Shown one piece after another: positions 19,241-29,495 of a DNA stretch of 64,000 nt. This stretch comes from Polyangiaceae bacterium (GTDB lineage: Bacteria; Myxococcota_A; Polyangia; Polyangiales; Polyangiaceae): assembly GCA_965222375.1 (NCBI GenBank), contig CBDCTZ010000005.1, positions 224,001 through 288,000 on the forward strand, in the 5' to 3' direction. The position numbers and the translations under genes are program-made. The notes below the pieces were generated by a model. The model made no database searches. It was not told the origin of the DNA and worked only from the letters and a program-made list of their open reading frames with translations. Numbering within the stretch: position 1 is the stretch's first letter; each line of letters begins with the position of its first letter.

Positions 19241-20791
19241 ATGACCACTTTCGCAACACTTGAACGATTGGCCGTGCCCGCGCTGTGCATGACTCTGCTC
19301 TGCGGCTGCGGCAGCAGTGACGACGACGCTGCCGGGGGAACTGCAGGGACTGGCGGCAGCGGGGCGGGAAGCGGAGGCGCCAGCGCGGCTAGTGGCGGCG
19401 GCGGTGGCGCTGGCCTGGGCGGCGGTGCGGCGGGAGCCTCAGGCAGTGGAGCATCGGCGGGGGACGGTGGAGTCAGCGCTTCGCCCATCCAGCCCTATCT
19501 CAGCAACCCGGAGTATTGGCAGCTGCATGGCAAACCACTGCTCCTGGTGGGTGGCAGCGTCAAAGACAACCTGTTCCAACAAGACAATCTACAGCAACAG
19601 CTGGATGAGCTGGCCGCGGCGGGAGGCAACTACCTACGCAACACCATGAGCAGCCGAGACTCGGGCAATGGACAGCCTTTCAAGAAGCTCCCCAGTGGCA
19701 AATACGATTTGGATCAGTGGGACGACGGCTACTGGAAGAAGTTCGCAGACTTCCTGAAATGGACGGCGCAGCGCGACATCGTGGTGCAAATCGAAGTTTG
19801 GGATCGCTTCGACTACTCTCGGGAGCAGTGGAAGCCCAGTCCCTACAACCCGGGCAACAACGTCAACTACACCTCGAGTGAATCCGGACTGGCAGCTGAC
19901 TATCCCGACCACCCCGGCACGAACAAGCAACCGTTCTTCAAGACCGTGCCCAAACTGCAGAACAACCAGGTGGTGTTGAAGTACCAAAAGGCCGTCGTGG
20001 ACAAGATGCTCTTCTACGCCCTGATCCACAACCACGTGCTCTACACCATGGACAATGAAACCAGCGCGGATCCCGCCTGGCCGGCGTACTGGGCCACGCA
20101 TATTCAGGATGCCGCAGCCAAAGCGGGCGTGGAGGTGCAAACGACCGAGATGTGGGACGATTGGAACATCACAGCAAAGGTGCACAAGAACACCTTCGAC
20201 CACCCGGAGCTGTACAGCTTCGGCGACGTGTCCCAGAACACGCACATCAGCGACCAAACCCATTGGGACCGAATTCAGAGTGTGCGCAAATCTCTAGCTT
20301 CCTCACCGATGCCGTTGAACAACGTCAAAATCTACGGCGCCGACGGTGGCAAGTACGGCGATGACGCCGACGCTGTCGAGCGATTCTGGCGCAACGTCCT
20401 TGGCGGCCTGGCTTCCAGCCGCTTCCATCGGCCCACCGCTGGGATCGGCATCTCGGCCAAGGCAAAACGACACTTGACCGCCGTTCGCTTGATCGAAGAG
20501 CGCGCCAAGTTTTGGGATCTCGAACCGCACAACGACTTGCTCAGTGATCGCCAAAGCGACGAAGCCTACTTGGCTGCGAAGCCAGGTCTGACCTACGTGC
20601 TGTATTTCACCAACGGGGGCTCCGTGGGCCTGGACCTGTCGACAGCCACCGGAAAGTTTCGACTCGAGTGGGTCGACCTGAACAAGGGCGCTTGGAGCGG
20701 TGCGTCAGAGGTCAGCGCTGGCGCGGCAGTCACCATAAAGGCGCCATCCAGCGGTACGCAGCTCGCCGTCGTCGACTCGACGTCGAACTAG
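19241..20791 (+). CDS. Lipoprotein with glycoside-hydrolase-like TIM barrel and C-terminal beta domain
   Basis: Lipobox LCGC, Gly linker, GGNYLRN, DIVVQIEVWD, MDNET (NE motif), C-terminal YVLYFTNGGSVGLDL...EW. Confidence 0.75.
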   Translation: MTTFATLERLAVPALCMTLLCGCGSSDDDAAGGTAGTGGSGAGSGGASAASGGGGGAGLGGGAAGASGSGASAGDGGVSASPIQPYLSNPEYWQLHGKPLLLVGGSVKDNLFQQDNLQQQLDELAAAGGNYLRNTMSSRDSGNGQPFKKLPSGKYDLDQWDDGYWKKFADFLKWTAQRDIVVQIEVWDRFDYSREQWKPSPYNPGNNVNYTSSESGLAADYPDHPGTNKQPFFKTVPKLQNNQVVLKYQKAVVDKMLFYALIHNHVLYTMDNETSADPAWPAYWATHIQDAAAKAGVEVQTTEMWDDWNITAKVHKNTFDHPELYSFGDVSQNTHISDQTHWDRIQSVRKSLASSPMPLNNVKIYGADGGKYGDDADAVERFWRNVLGGLASSRFHRPTAGIGISAKAKRHLTAVRLIEERAKFWDLEPHNDLLSDRQSDEAYLAAKPGLTYVLYFTNGGSVGLDLSTATGKFRLEWVDLNKGAWSGASEVSAGAAVTIKAPSSGTQLAVVDSTSN

Positions 20792-20917
20792 CCTGTCGCG
20801 GAAAAGCGCTGTCTGCGCTGCGGCGCTCGATCGCAAAACTCACGCCCAGGGAAACTTCGCCCTTGGTCATTGGCGCTCGAGCTGACTTAATGCGTTCCTG
20901 ACCAAAGGAGCGCCTAC

Positions 20918-22432
20918 GTGATTGAAACGGTGAAGATCGAAGTCGACCGCAGCCTGAAAAACTACGAGCGTGATCCGAGCCTGGCGCCTGCCGTACGCGA
21001 GCTGAGAGAAGAGGCCAAGACCCTGGTGCCCAAGCTCGCTGGGCGGAAACTCTGGATGGTCAACTCAACGGCCAAGGGCGGCGGCGTTGCCGAAATGATG
21101 CCCACCCTGGTCACCATCTTGAGGGAGGTGGGCGTCGAGACCGAGTGGGCCGTCATCAACACCAAGCGCACCGAATTCTTTGACCTCACCAAGCGGTTAC
21201 ATAATCTGATTCACGGCAGCGGGGAGCCGAAACTTTCGCCGACGGACGCGCAGCTATACGCGACGGTCGCCCAGGAGCTCGCCACGGAGTTCGAGAAGTT
21301 ACTGAGCCCCCAGGACATCTTGGCCATCCACGACCCACAACCCGCGGGCATGGGTGCGTTGCTCAAGCTCAAGCTCGGGCTGCCGTGTTTGTGGCGCTGC
21401 CATATCGGCCTCGACAGCGTGAACGACCAGACCCAAGAAGCCTGGCGCTTTCTGAAGCCCCACGTTCGTGCCTACGACGATGTGGTCTTCACTGCACCCG
21501 AGTACATCCCGGACTACCTCACCGGCAACGTACATATCATTCACCCCGCCCTCGACCCCCTCAGCTACAAGAATCGTGACCTAAACGTTCACGTGGTGAC
21601 AGGCGTGTTGGCCAACGCGGGGCTGATCGAGGAGCACCACCCAGTTCTCACCCCCCACTACGATACGCCCGCGGAGCGCCTCCAACCCGACGGCAGCTTC
21701 AAGGTCGCCACCGCTCCAGAGGAAATCGGACTGCTTTACCGAACCGTGATCACCCAGATCTCGCGCTGGGACAGGCTCAAGGGTTGGAAGCCACTGATGG
21801 ACGGCTTCGCTGCCCTGAAGCACAGGCTCAACAACGGCGAACTCAAAGTCTCGGATCATGATCGCCACCGGCTGAGGATCATGCGCCTCGTGCTCGCCGG
21901 CCCCGAGCCCGCCGCAGTTGCCGACGATCCCGAGGCCAAAGAGGTTCTCGAGGAACTCAAAGCGACCTACTGCACCCTGGAGCCGAAGATCCAAAGCGAC
22001 ATTGTCATGCTGAGCCTTCCGATGGCGGAGCGGCGCGTGAATGCACTGATGGTCAACGCCCTGCAGCGCTGCTCCAGCGTGGTGGTTCAAAACTCACTGC
22101 AAGAAGGGTTCGGGCTCACGGTCACCGAGGCGATGTGGAAGGGGGTGCCGGTGCTGGGCTCCGTCGCCTGTGGCATCCGCCAACAAATCCGCGACAAGGT
22201 GGACGGTCGACTGATCGACGATCCTGAGAGTGCTGAAGCCGTCGAGAGAACTCTGCTAGAGGTGTTGAACAACACCGACGACCGCGAGGGCTGCGCCCTC
22301 AACGCTCGCCGCCGAGCGCACCACGAATTTTTGGTATTCACCCAGGCTCGGCGCTGGCTCGAGGTCGTAGCCCACTCCCTGTCTCGGGGCGATCCCCCCT
22401 CGAGCCGTGGAGTCGTGCTACCTGCATCATGA
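20918..22432 (+). CDS. treT: GT4 glycosyltransferase, trehalose synthase TreT-like
   Basis: VNSTAKGGGVAEM, IHDPQP, WRCHI, QISRWDRLK, EGFGLTVTEAMWKG. Confidence 0.85.
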   Translation: MIETVKIEVDRSLKNYERDPSLAPAVRELREEAKTLVPKLAGRKLWMVNSTAKGGGVAEMMPTLVTILREVGVETEWAVINTKRTEFFDLTKRLHNLIHGSGEPKLSPTDAQLYATVAQELATEFEKLLSPQDILAIHDPQPAGMGALLKLKLGLPCLWRCHIGLDSVNDQTQEAWRFLKPHVRAYDDVVFTAPEYIPDYLTGNVHIIHPALDPLSYKNRDLNVHVVTGVLANAGLIEEHHPVLTPHYDTPAERLQPDGSFKVATAPEEIGLLYRTVITQISRWDRLKGWKPLMDGFAALKHRLNNGELKVSDHDRHRLRIMRLVLAGPEPAAVADDPEAKEVLEELKATYCTLEPKIQSDIVMLSLPMAERRVNALMVNALQRCSSVVVQNSLQEGFGLTVTEAMWKGVPVLGSVACGIRQQIRDKVDGRLIDDPESAEAVERTLLEVLNNTDDREGCALNARRRAHHEFLVFTQARRWLEVVAHSLSRGDPPSSRGVVLPAS

Positions 22433-22621
22433 CCGTCGGTGGCTCGCGGCGGCCGGCGGCGGCGTTCCTTCATCCTGAGAGCCGGAGCAGTCGGGAGTCT
22501 TTCCCGTCGACCGACGGGGATTCGGAACCGCTCAGGTAGGGACCCCCAGCCGGGGCAGAAGCCAAACCTGCACGCCGATCCAGACGGCCATCACGATCAG
22601 AAGAGAAAGCGTACTACCCAC

Positions 22622-23200
22622 TCACGGCTCCTTCGGGATTTCGACCCATACCACGCCGCGCACGTCGCCCTTGGAGAACCCGGTGGCTCGGTCGCCGGGG
22701 TAGCGCGCTGACAGTTCAGCTTTGACCTCCGCTGGGATGCTTGCGGGGTCGCCATGGCAGTTGAGGCAGAGCGGCTTTGTTCCTAGAGGCTGCACGACCC
22801 CCAAAGACGAACCCAGGTCGAACACGGCCGGCTTCACATCCACGGCCTTCTTGTCCGAGATCTCCGCAAGGTAGGGTTTGAGCCAGGGCCGAGCCAGGTT
22901 GTCCTTGGGGTTGCGCAACTTGGCGCTCGTCCGACCCAACTGAACCCTGTGACGCTCCCCTACTTTCTGCGTCATGGTTTTTGCTTCCGCGGAGCACACG
23001 GCAACGCCAGCTTTGGGGCCGCTAGCCTTGACGGTCTTCAGCAAGCGGCCGCTCAGGGTTTGCTTCAACTCCGCGATGGCCGTGTTGGCCGCCGCAACTC
23101 GGGGCTCGAGTTCGGCAGGAACCGAGTCGAGGCGCTTGGGGCCCGAATCACAGCTCAGGGCGCCCATGGCCAACAGCAGCAGCCACCTTCGAGTAGTCAC
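22622..23200 (-). CDS. DUF3365/Tll0287-like c-type heme lipoprotein
   Basis: RTSAKLRNP, CLNCHG, YPGDRATGFSKGDVRG; lipobox ALSC; start approximate. Confidence 0.88.
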   Translation of the reverse strand: MTTRRWLLLLAMGALSCDSGPKRLDSVPAELEPRVAAANTAIAELKQTLSGRLLKTVKASGPKAGVAVCSAEAKTMTQKVGERHRVQLGRTSAKLRNPKDNLARPWLKPYLAEISDKKAVDVKPAVFDLGSSLGVVQPLGTKPLCLNCHGDPASIPAEVKAELSARYPGDRATGFSKGDVRGVVWVEIPKEP

Positions 23201-23282
23201 GACCCAAGTGAGAGCCCCTTGAGCCCGAAAAGGGTTCGCGGCAGGCCGGAAATACCGAAACATCTCTCACAAACCCGGGTAG

Positions 23283-25211
23283 TCATCGAGGAGTCTCGGC
23301 ATGGCCGGACCGCGCGAGGGCCCGCCGCACCGCGTCCTCCAGCTGGGTCAGCTGGTAGGGCTTGGGCAGAAACCACACGCGCTCCCCTGCGACAACACGT
23401 GGATCGCGAGCATGGTCGGAGTAGCCGCTCGACAGGACCACTGGCAGGCTCGGCGCTAGTGCGCGCAGCCCCTCGAGCAACTCGAAGCCATCCATCCCCG
23501 GCATCGTCACATCAAGCAGTGCCAGATCGACATCGCGCTCGTTGTCTCGAAATAGCTGCAATGCGGTCGGGCCGTCCTCAGCCAAGAGCACCACGTGCCC
23601 AAGCGCTTCGAGCGCAACTTGAAGCACACTCGCCAGGGGCGGCTCGTCTTCTGCAACGAGCACCGTCGCTGTCTGCGGCGAGGTTTGCGGCGTCTTCGAG
23701 GCAGGGCGCCCAGTGGCGGGCTCTGTTGCCACGGGCAACAGCACGCGAAAGCACGTGCCCTTGCCCGGCTCGCTGTCGACCTCGATCGCCGCGCCGTGGC
23801 TGCGCACGATGCCTTGGACGGCCGCGAGGCCCAGGCCCCGACCTGCGAACTTGGTTGTGAAAAACGGATCGAAGATCCTCTGGCGTGTCGCCGCATCCAT
23901 TCCCGCACCCGTGTCGCTCACTTCCAGCGTCACATAGCGCCCGGGCGAAAGGTGCAAGTCTGCACAACGTGCAGACTCCGCCGCCAATTCCGTCACACCG
24001 GTACAAATTCGGATCGACCCGCTGCCATCCGGGAGCGCCTCCGCAGCGTTGATGATCAGGTTCATCGCGAGCTGTTGCAGCTGCGCAGGATCTACCTTCA
24101 CTGGCGGCAGTTCGGGGGACAGCTCGTAGCTCACACGGGCTTTCTTGGGCACCGAGACGCGCAACATCTCCCCGACGTCCTCGATGGCCTCGCCCAAGTC
24201 GACGACCTCGGTTCGTGGATCCCCCTGCCCCGCATAGACCAGAAGTTGGTTCGTCAGACTACTGCCCCGCTGGGCTGCGGCGCCGATCTGCCCCAAGCAT
24301 TCCCGCACCTTGCTCACGTCTTCGGGAGTGCGCAGTGCCAACTCAGCATTGCAGACAACCACAGCGAGCAGATTGTTGAAGTCATGGGCAATGCCGCCCG
24401 CCAGCACCCCGAGGGTCTCCAGCTTCTGCGCGTGCTGCACTCGGGCTTCGCGTCGGGCCTGGTCCGCCTCTTGGCGGCGCTGATCCGTTAAATCTCGAAA
24501 GCCAGTGATCCGTGCGGGGCGCCCATCGTACGTGACGCTGCGCCCCAGCACCTCACACGAGAACGTGCTGCCATCTTTGCGAACGGCGACCACTTCGTAG
24601 GGCGTCTCCACCTTGGCGCGAATGTTCCTGAGCGCAACCTCAGTGGATTCGGGCGTCGTAATGTCCTGCGGGCGGCGGCCCACCAGCTCTCCGGGGCCAT
24701 ACCCCAACATGGCTTCCAGGGCACGGTTTGCGTATGTCATCCTCCCGTCGACCAAAATCGCGAGCCCCTGAAATAGTGCTTCAGCCATGGCCCGATAACG
24801 TTGCTCGGCCTCCGCTCGCTGCCGCTCGGCGTTCTTTAGATCGGTAATGTCGTGCGTGATCAGCACCGCGCTCTCGACACGACCATCCACGATCACCGGG
24901 CTGATTCGGTTCACGTAGTAGTGCCCTGTGACGCTACCGACCGACTCATAGCTCGCCAAGGACGACGTCTCGAATACTTCTTCGAGGGCACGCCCGAAGG
25001 CTTCGTGAGAGGCCGGCTCCATCCACTTGCACACGTTGGTGCCAATCACGTCTTCCAACCGGTGCCCCGGCGGCGCCCGATTCATGTAGCTGATCACCCC
25101 CTCGCGATCGAAATGCAGCATGTAGTCTGGAGCGTGCGCGGTAATCGACGTGAGCATGCGTTCTACGGCCCTGAGCCGGGCCAGCTCTGCTGCTTCGTCT
25201 GTCACTTCCAT
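23283..25211 (-). CDS. PAS-PAS hybrid histidine kinase with receiver domain
   Basis: AGGIAHDFNNLL H-box, NLIINA, DTGAGM, FFTTK, GLGLA; receiver VAEDE...LLDVTMP...KP. Confidence 0.95.
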   Translation of the reverse strand: MEVTDEAAELARLRAVERMLTSITAHAPDYMLHFDREGVISYMNRAPPGHRLEDVIGTNVCKWMEPASHEAFGRALEEVFETSSLASYESVGSVTGHYYVNRISPVIVDGRVESAVLITHDITDLKNAERQRAEAEQRYRAMAEALFQGLAILVDGRMTYANRALEAMLGYGPGELVGRRPQDITTPESTEVALRNIRAKVETPYEVVAVRKDGSTFSCEVLGRSVTYDGRPARITGFRDLTDQRRQEADQARREARVQHAQKLETLGVLAGGIAHDFNNLLAVVVCNAELALRTPEDVSKVRECLGQIGAAAQRGSSLTNQLLVYAGQGDPRTEVVDLGEAIEDVGEMLRVSVPKKARVSYELSPELPPVKVDPAQLQQLAMNLIINAAEALPDGSGSIRICTGVTELAAESARCADLHLSPGRYVTLEVSDTGAGMDAATRQRIFDPFFTTKFAGRGLGLAAVQGIVRSHGAAIEVDSEPGKGTCFRVLLPVATEPATGRPASKTPQTSPQTATVLVAEDEPPLASVLQVALEALGHVVLLAEDGPTALQLFRDNERDVDLALLDVTMPGMDGFELLEGLRALAPSLPVVLSSGYSDHARDPRVVAGERVWFLPKPYQLTQLEDAVRRALARSGHAETPR

Positions 25212-25276
25212 CAGCCTAGCCCAGCGTCCAAGCGCCTCGCTGCACAATTCGGCGCCGCACCTGGGATGCGCGGCGT

Positions 25277-26974
25277 ATGCTCGGTGGCGTGACGATCAGC
25301 TCGGTGTTCCTGGAGCATGAGTACGTATTCGTGGTGCCGGCCGAGGCCCTGACGAGCGAGGGGGTGGCAGCCGAATTCGCAGCCGACTTGCAGAGCAAGC
25401 GCGGGGTGAGCGCTGGCTGGCTGTCGAGCTTCAATCGCGCCATTTCGGACTACTGCCAACGCGCCCAGACGCTGAGCGCTCGCAGTCCAGACTACTGGCG
25501 CCCGCCACGCATGCAGAACGTCGTGGTGGCCGTCGACTCGTGGGGCGTCCGTCCATACTTTCAGCCATTTCACGGCAGCAGCTGGTTCGTCTACGCCTCA
25601 GACTTCGAGGCTGATACGTCGAGTCATGAGCTGTCCGTACTAGTGCTGCTCTACGTCGAACACCTGGGCATGGTGCGCGATCCGATGCGTGCCGCCGCGC
25701 GCACCCTCTCCTACTTGCTCACGCTCACCGATGAGCAGATCGCAGATCTCTGCGGGGGTTGCCTGCGCACGACCCGAGCAGACGCGGTGGCGTTTCGCAC
25801 CCTGGCCGAACACATGTCCGCCTTGCGCCAACTACACCACGAGGACCTTTCCCCCGCCCCAGAGAGCCGCAGTGACGAATACTCTCGGATCCGGGAGGCG
25901 GGTCTACTCGTGCCAAAGTCCTTGGCACACACGGTTCAGGGCGTGGCCAATGTCTTTGGCCGTGCGGCGGAAGTGGCGGCCCAAAGGTACTTGGCGTCGT
26001 TCACGGAATCCGCTGGGCCGGAGCATGCTGGCGAGTTCGTGCAGTGGCTGAAACAAAATCAGCCACACGTGTTGCTCAACGACGAGGCGGGCGGCCTTCT
26101 GTGGGATCCAGAGGCTCCCGATGAGGTCGAGCAGATCCGAATCGCCATCCAGGGCATGACCCAGGCGGCCGCGCGCAGCTTGGAGCACGACCTGCGCCTC
26201 GTTTCCAACTGTTCCAAGACGTTTCTGGGATCTCTGAGGCAGCCGGAGTTGCTACCGGAGCCCACCGAAATCGAGCAAGACGGCGGCACCTACCTGCACG
26301 CCACCCGAAAGCTCCTGGTCTACGATCTGGTGCAGCCCGGGTTGCTCACCCTGGTGGAACCATCGCCACCGTTTCATCGGCAGCTGCTTGCTGCGCGCAG
26401 CATTCATGAGTGGGGGCACCTCGCGGTGGATGCGGGTTGGGTGCGCGTCCCCATCGAAAGCCAGGCACAGCACGCCGACGCGATTCGGACTCTGGAAAGC
26501 CTGTTTGATCAAATCTTGTCCGAGGCACCGCTGAGCCTGCATCAGCAAACCCTCGAGGAAGCGGCGAGCTTTTCGGGAGGACCCGTCGACAAGATCGGCC
26601 CGGCGTACGCACGGCTGATTTACGACCGAGCCTCAGACTTCGCGTCCAACCTTCTGGCCCGTCACTACCTAGGGAGTGAGCTGCACTGCTATCTGCGAGC
26701 CAACGTGCGCAGCCTCTGGCACGACGGGCTTAGCCTGTTCAACCAGCTGGCGCGGCACGCATACGAGTTTCAATACCTGCGCCTGGCAGACTTCGATGAT
26801 CCCATTTCCTATTTCTTCGCGACGACCTGGGCGAGAGAAACGTTCATCGAGACCCGTGTGGTCACGGAGTCGAGTTTGATCCGCCTGTTCGACGCCGCCT
26901 ACGACGTGTTGCGTTGTTACAAAGTCGATCACGCTGCGTTTCAAGACCTGCCCCGCACGCCGCAAGTGCCTTGA
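25277..26974 (+). CDS. Hypothetical protein with HExxH motif
   Basis: 565-aa ORF with IHEWGHL. Confidence 0.7.
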   Translation: MLGGVTISSVFLEHEYVFVVPAEALTSEGVAAEFAADLQSKRGVSAGWLSSFNRAISDYCQRAQTLSARSPDYWRPPRMQNVVVAVDSWGVRPYFQPFHGSSWFVYASDFEADTSSHELSVLVLLYVEHLGMVRDPMRAAARTLSYLLTLTDEQIADLCGGCLRTTRADAVAFRTLAEHMSALRQLHHEDLSPAPESRSDEYSRIREAGLLVPKSLAHTVQGVANVFGRAAEVAAQRYLASFTESAGPEHAGEFVQWLKQNQPHVLLNDEAGGLLWDPEAPDEVEQIRIAIQGMTQAAARSLEHDLRLVSNCSKTFLGSLRQPELLPEPTEIEQDGGTYLHATRKLLVYDLVQPGLLTLVEPSPPFHRQLLAARSIHEWGHLAVDAGWVRVPIESQAQHADAIRTLESLFDQILSEAPLSLHQQTLEEAASFSGGPVDKIGPAYARLIYDRASDFASNLLARHYLGSELHCYLRANVRSLWHDGLSLFNQLARHAYEFQYLRLADFDDPISYFFATTWARETFIETRVVTESSLIRLFDAAYDVLRCYKVDHAAFQDLPRTPQVP

Positions 26975-27160
26975 GCCCGCTTGCGGGAGCACACCCGGCG
27001 CCCTCGCCTCGAGCCGCGAGGGCCCGAACACCGGACCGTTCCAGCTGGGGCGGCAATCTGCGTCAGCGCTGCAAACGTTCGACACCATTCCGAAAAATAC
27101 GCTAATCGCACACTATCCTACATTGTCACCCTGTGCTTTCCTTGTTCCAGGGAGACCCCA

Positions 27161-29491
27161 ATGTCGTCACGCATCCTTCGCATCGTCGCCGTCGCCGCCA
27201 GCCTGTGTTTCGCCTGCTCCTCCTCGCCGGATGGTTCGGATGACGGACCCTCGACCAGCCAGAAGCCCCGGAAGCCGTTGGGCAAAGCGGACGCCGCCGG
27301 CACCTGCCAAGGCGATACCCAGGACTACTGCGGCGGCAAGTCTGCCGGCGCGTGTTGGTGCGACGACGAATGCGAAAGCTACGGCGATTGTTGCTCAGAC
27401 AAGAACTCGGTTTGCAGCGCACTGCCTCTGGCAGTGGACAAGATCGAAGGTGAGGCCGGCTTCGATGCGCTCGCCTTCTCGGGTTCGAGCGGCGCGATCC
27501 TCGGCAAGTCCGTCAAGTTCTTGATCGACAACCGGCAGCCCTCCTCTCCGTCGGTTCGATACATCAATGCAAACTACCCTGGCACCGATGCCGATCCCAA
27601 GGCGAAGCAGTTTCACTTCAACTTCGCCAAGGAGACCCTCTCGGGCTTCGCAGAAGATGGGCAGAGCTTCAACAACAAGACCTACTGGGCCCAGAACAAG
27701 ACCTACTTCGCTGGTACGCTCCAGGAGTACCGCCTGGGCAGCAATGCCGAACCGCTGTACGCCATTCAGTTCTACCCCCAGGACGTCATCGCCGAAGAGA
27801 GCGCCCTGCACGCGGTTCAAGCGCTCGCGCCGACTCTAGAGCTCAGCGGTGCGCGGATCGCCTTCGTTTCCCTCGGGCCGCAGCAGACGACGGCGACCGT
27901 GGCCAGCCAAATGGCGGCCCTGGGCGTGGAAGCGTTGGATCTCGACGCCGTGCTCGGCGCTCTGAACTACATACCCATGCAAACCGGGGAGGCCTGGGGC
28001 TATCTGCGCATCTTCCCGGACAATCAGGACTTGCTCAGCGCTCTGGACATTCCCGTCTTCGAGGAGCTGCCCCTGGATCTGACCGTCGTTGCCGGCACCA
28101 TCACCAAGGCCGTGCAGGATGCTAGCTCCCACGTGAATCTGAAGAGCAAGGAGCGCGAAACCCCGAACATGGTGCTGCGGGATGCCAGCCCAACCCACGC
28201 GGAGCTCGCCGCCTTCGCAGGCAAGCCCGTGCACCTGATTGTGAACGCGGATCGATTCCACATCGAGGCGTCGACAGACGCCGAGGTCCTCGCGAAATAC
28301 AAGGAACGCACGGACAAGCCCTGGCAACCCGTAGGGGTCGACCCCAATGCCAGCGTGACCTCCTACCGTGACATGTGCCCCGGCAACTCCGGGGATTGCC
28401 TGAAGCTCGCCCCCAAATTCGGGGGCAAGGCGGGCAACCTGGGATTCTTGGTGCAGCCCGACGTACTTGGCATCACCACGGATCCCAGCAGCCGCAGCGC
28501 ATCCGTCGGCTACGACATCGCGCCCTACGGCGTGGGGGTGCCGGTGCAGCGCTACTTCGACTTTGTCGCCCATGGCCCCAACGCTGGGCTGCGCGCTGCC
28601 CTGGACGACCTGATCACCCAAGAAAAGACCGGCACCCTCAGCGTGTCCCAGCGCAATCAGTTGCTCAAGACGGTTCAGGCACTGACCTTGACTGCGGAGC
28701 TTCCGCCGGGGCTACTCGCCGAGGTTCAGGCAGGCCTCACCGCGGCACTGCCGGCCGGGGCCGAGAGCGTGAAAATTCGCTCCAGTGCCAATGCCGAGGA
28801 CATCCCGGGCTTTGATGGCGCAGGCCTATACGACAGCTACCGCGCCGACTTCGACGAGCCCAACAACGGCAGTTGCCAGCTCGTGGTGGACAACGACGGC
28901 GAGTTGGAGACAGAGCCCCGCAGCGTGGAATGCGGCATCAAGGCCGTCTACGCCAGCTTGTGGAACAAGCGGGCCATCGAGGAGCGCTCCTTCGCGCGAA
29001 TCGATCACGCCACCGCGGGCATGGGCTTGGCCATCGTGCAGCGCTACCGCGAACTGGGCGACGTGGACGCCAACTCCGTCGTCGTCACGCGAGTCCTCAA
29101 CAGCGGCGGCGTCTACGGCTACACATTCTCGTCTCAGGTCGGCAACAACGTGGTGACGAACCCGGAGCCCGGAACCTCGAGCGAAACGGTGATGGCGGCC
29201 TTCTTGCCGGGGCAGCCAGCGACGTTCGCAGTGACCCGATACGCGACGCCCACGGCGGGCGGTGCGCCCTTGACCCAAACCGTCCTCAGTAACGCACAGA
29301 TGAAAGAGATGCTCGAGCTGACCCAACACGTCGAGAGTGCGTACTGCCGAGAGAAACCCGGCTACTACCCCGGCAATTGCAGCAGCGTGCTTTACGACGT
29401 CGAAAAACCCCGCGCCCTGGATATGGAACTCAAGCTACTCAGCGGTGGCCGCTTCCTGCTCAAGCAGGTCCGCGAGTTCTCCGGCAAGTAG
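27161..29491 (+). CDS. Lipoprotein with somatomedin-B-like domain and PEP/pyruvate-binding (PPDK_N, ATP-grasp) domain
   Basis: Lipobox CFAC; CWCDDECESYGDCCSD; GGKAGNLG, IRSSANAEDIPGFDGAGLYDS, VYASLWN, DMELK...KQVR. Confidence 0.88.
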   Translation: MSSRILRIVAVAASLCFACSSSPDGSDDGPSTSQKPRKPLGKADAAGTCQGDTQDYCGGKSAGACWCDDECESYGDCCSDKNSVCSALPLAVDKIEGEAGFDALAFSGSSGAILGKSVKFLIDNRQPSSPSVRYINANYPGTDADPKAKQFHFNFAKETLSGFAEDGQSFNNKTYWAQNKTYFAGTLQEYRLGSNAEPLYAIQFYPQDVIAEESALHAVQALAPTLELSGARIAFVSLGPQQTTATVASQMAALGVEALDLDAVLGALNYIPMQTGEAWGYLRIFPDNQDLLSALDIPVFEELPLDLTVVAGTITKAVQDASSHVNLKSKERETPNMVLRDASPTHAELAAFAGKPVHLIVNADRFHIEASTDAEVLAKYKERTDKPWQPVGVDPNASVTSYRDMCPGNSGDCLKLAPKFGGKAGNLGFLVQPDVLGITTDPSSRSASVGYDIAPYGVGVPVQRYFDFVAHGPNAGLRAALDDLITQEKTGTLSVSQRNQLLKTVQALTLTAELPPGLLAEVQAGLTAALPAGAESVKIRSSANAEDIPGFDGAGLYDSYRADFDEPNNGSCQLVVDNDGELETEPRSVECGIKAVYASLWNKRAIEERSFARIDHATAGMGLAIVQRYRELGDVDANSVVVTRVLNSGGVYGYTFSSQVGNNVVTNPEPGTSSETVMAAFLPGQPATFAVTRYATPTAGGAPLTQTVLSNAQMKEMLELTQHVESAYCREKPGYYPGNCSSVLYDVEKPRALDMELKLLSGGRFLLKQVREFSGK

Positions 29492-29495
29492 CAGC

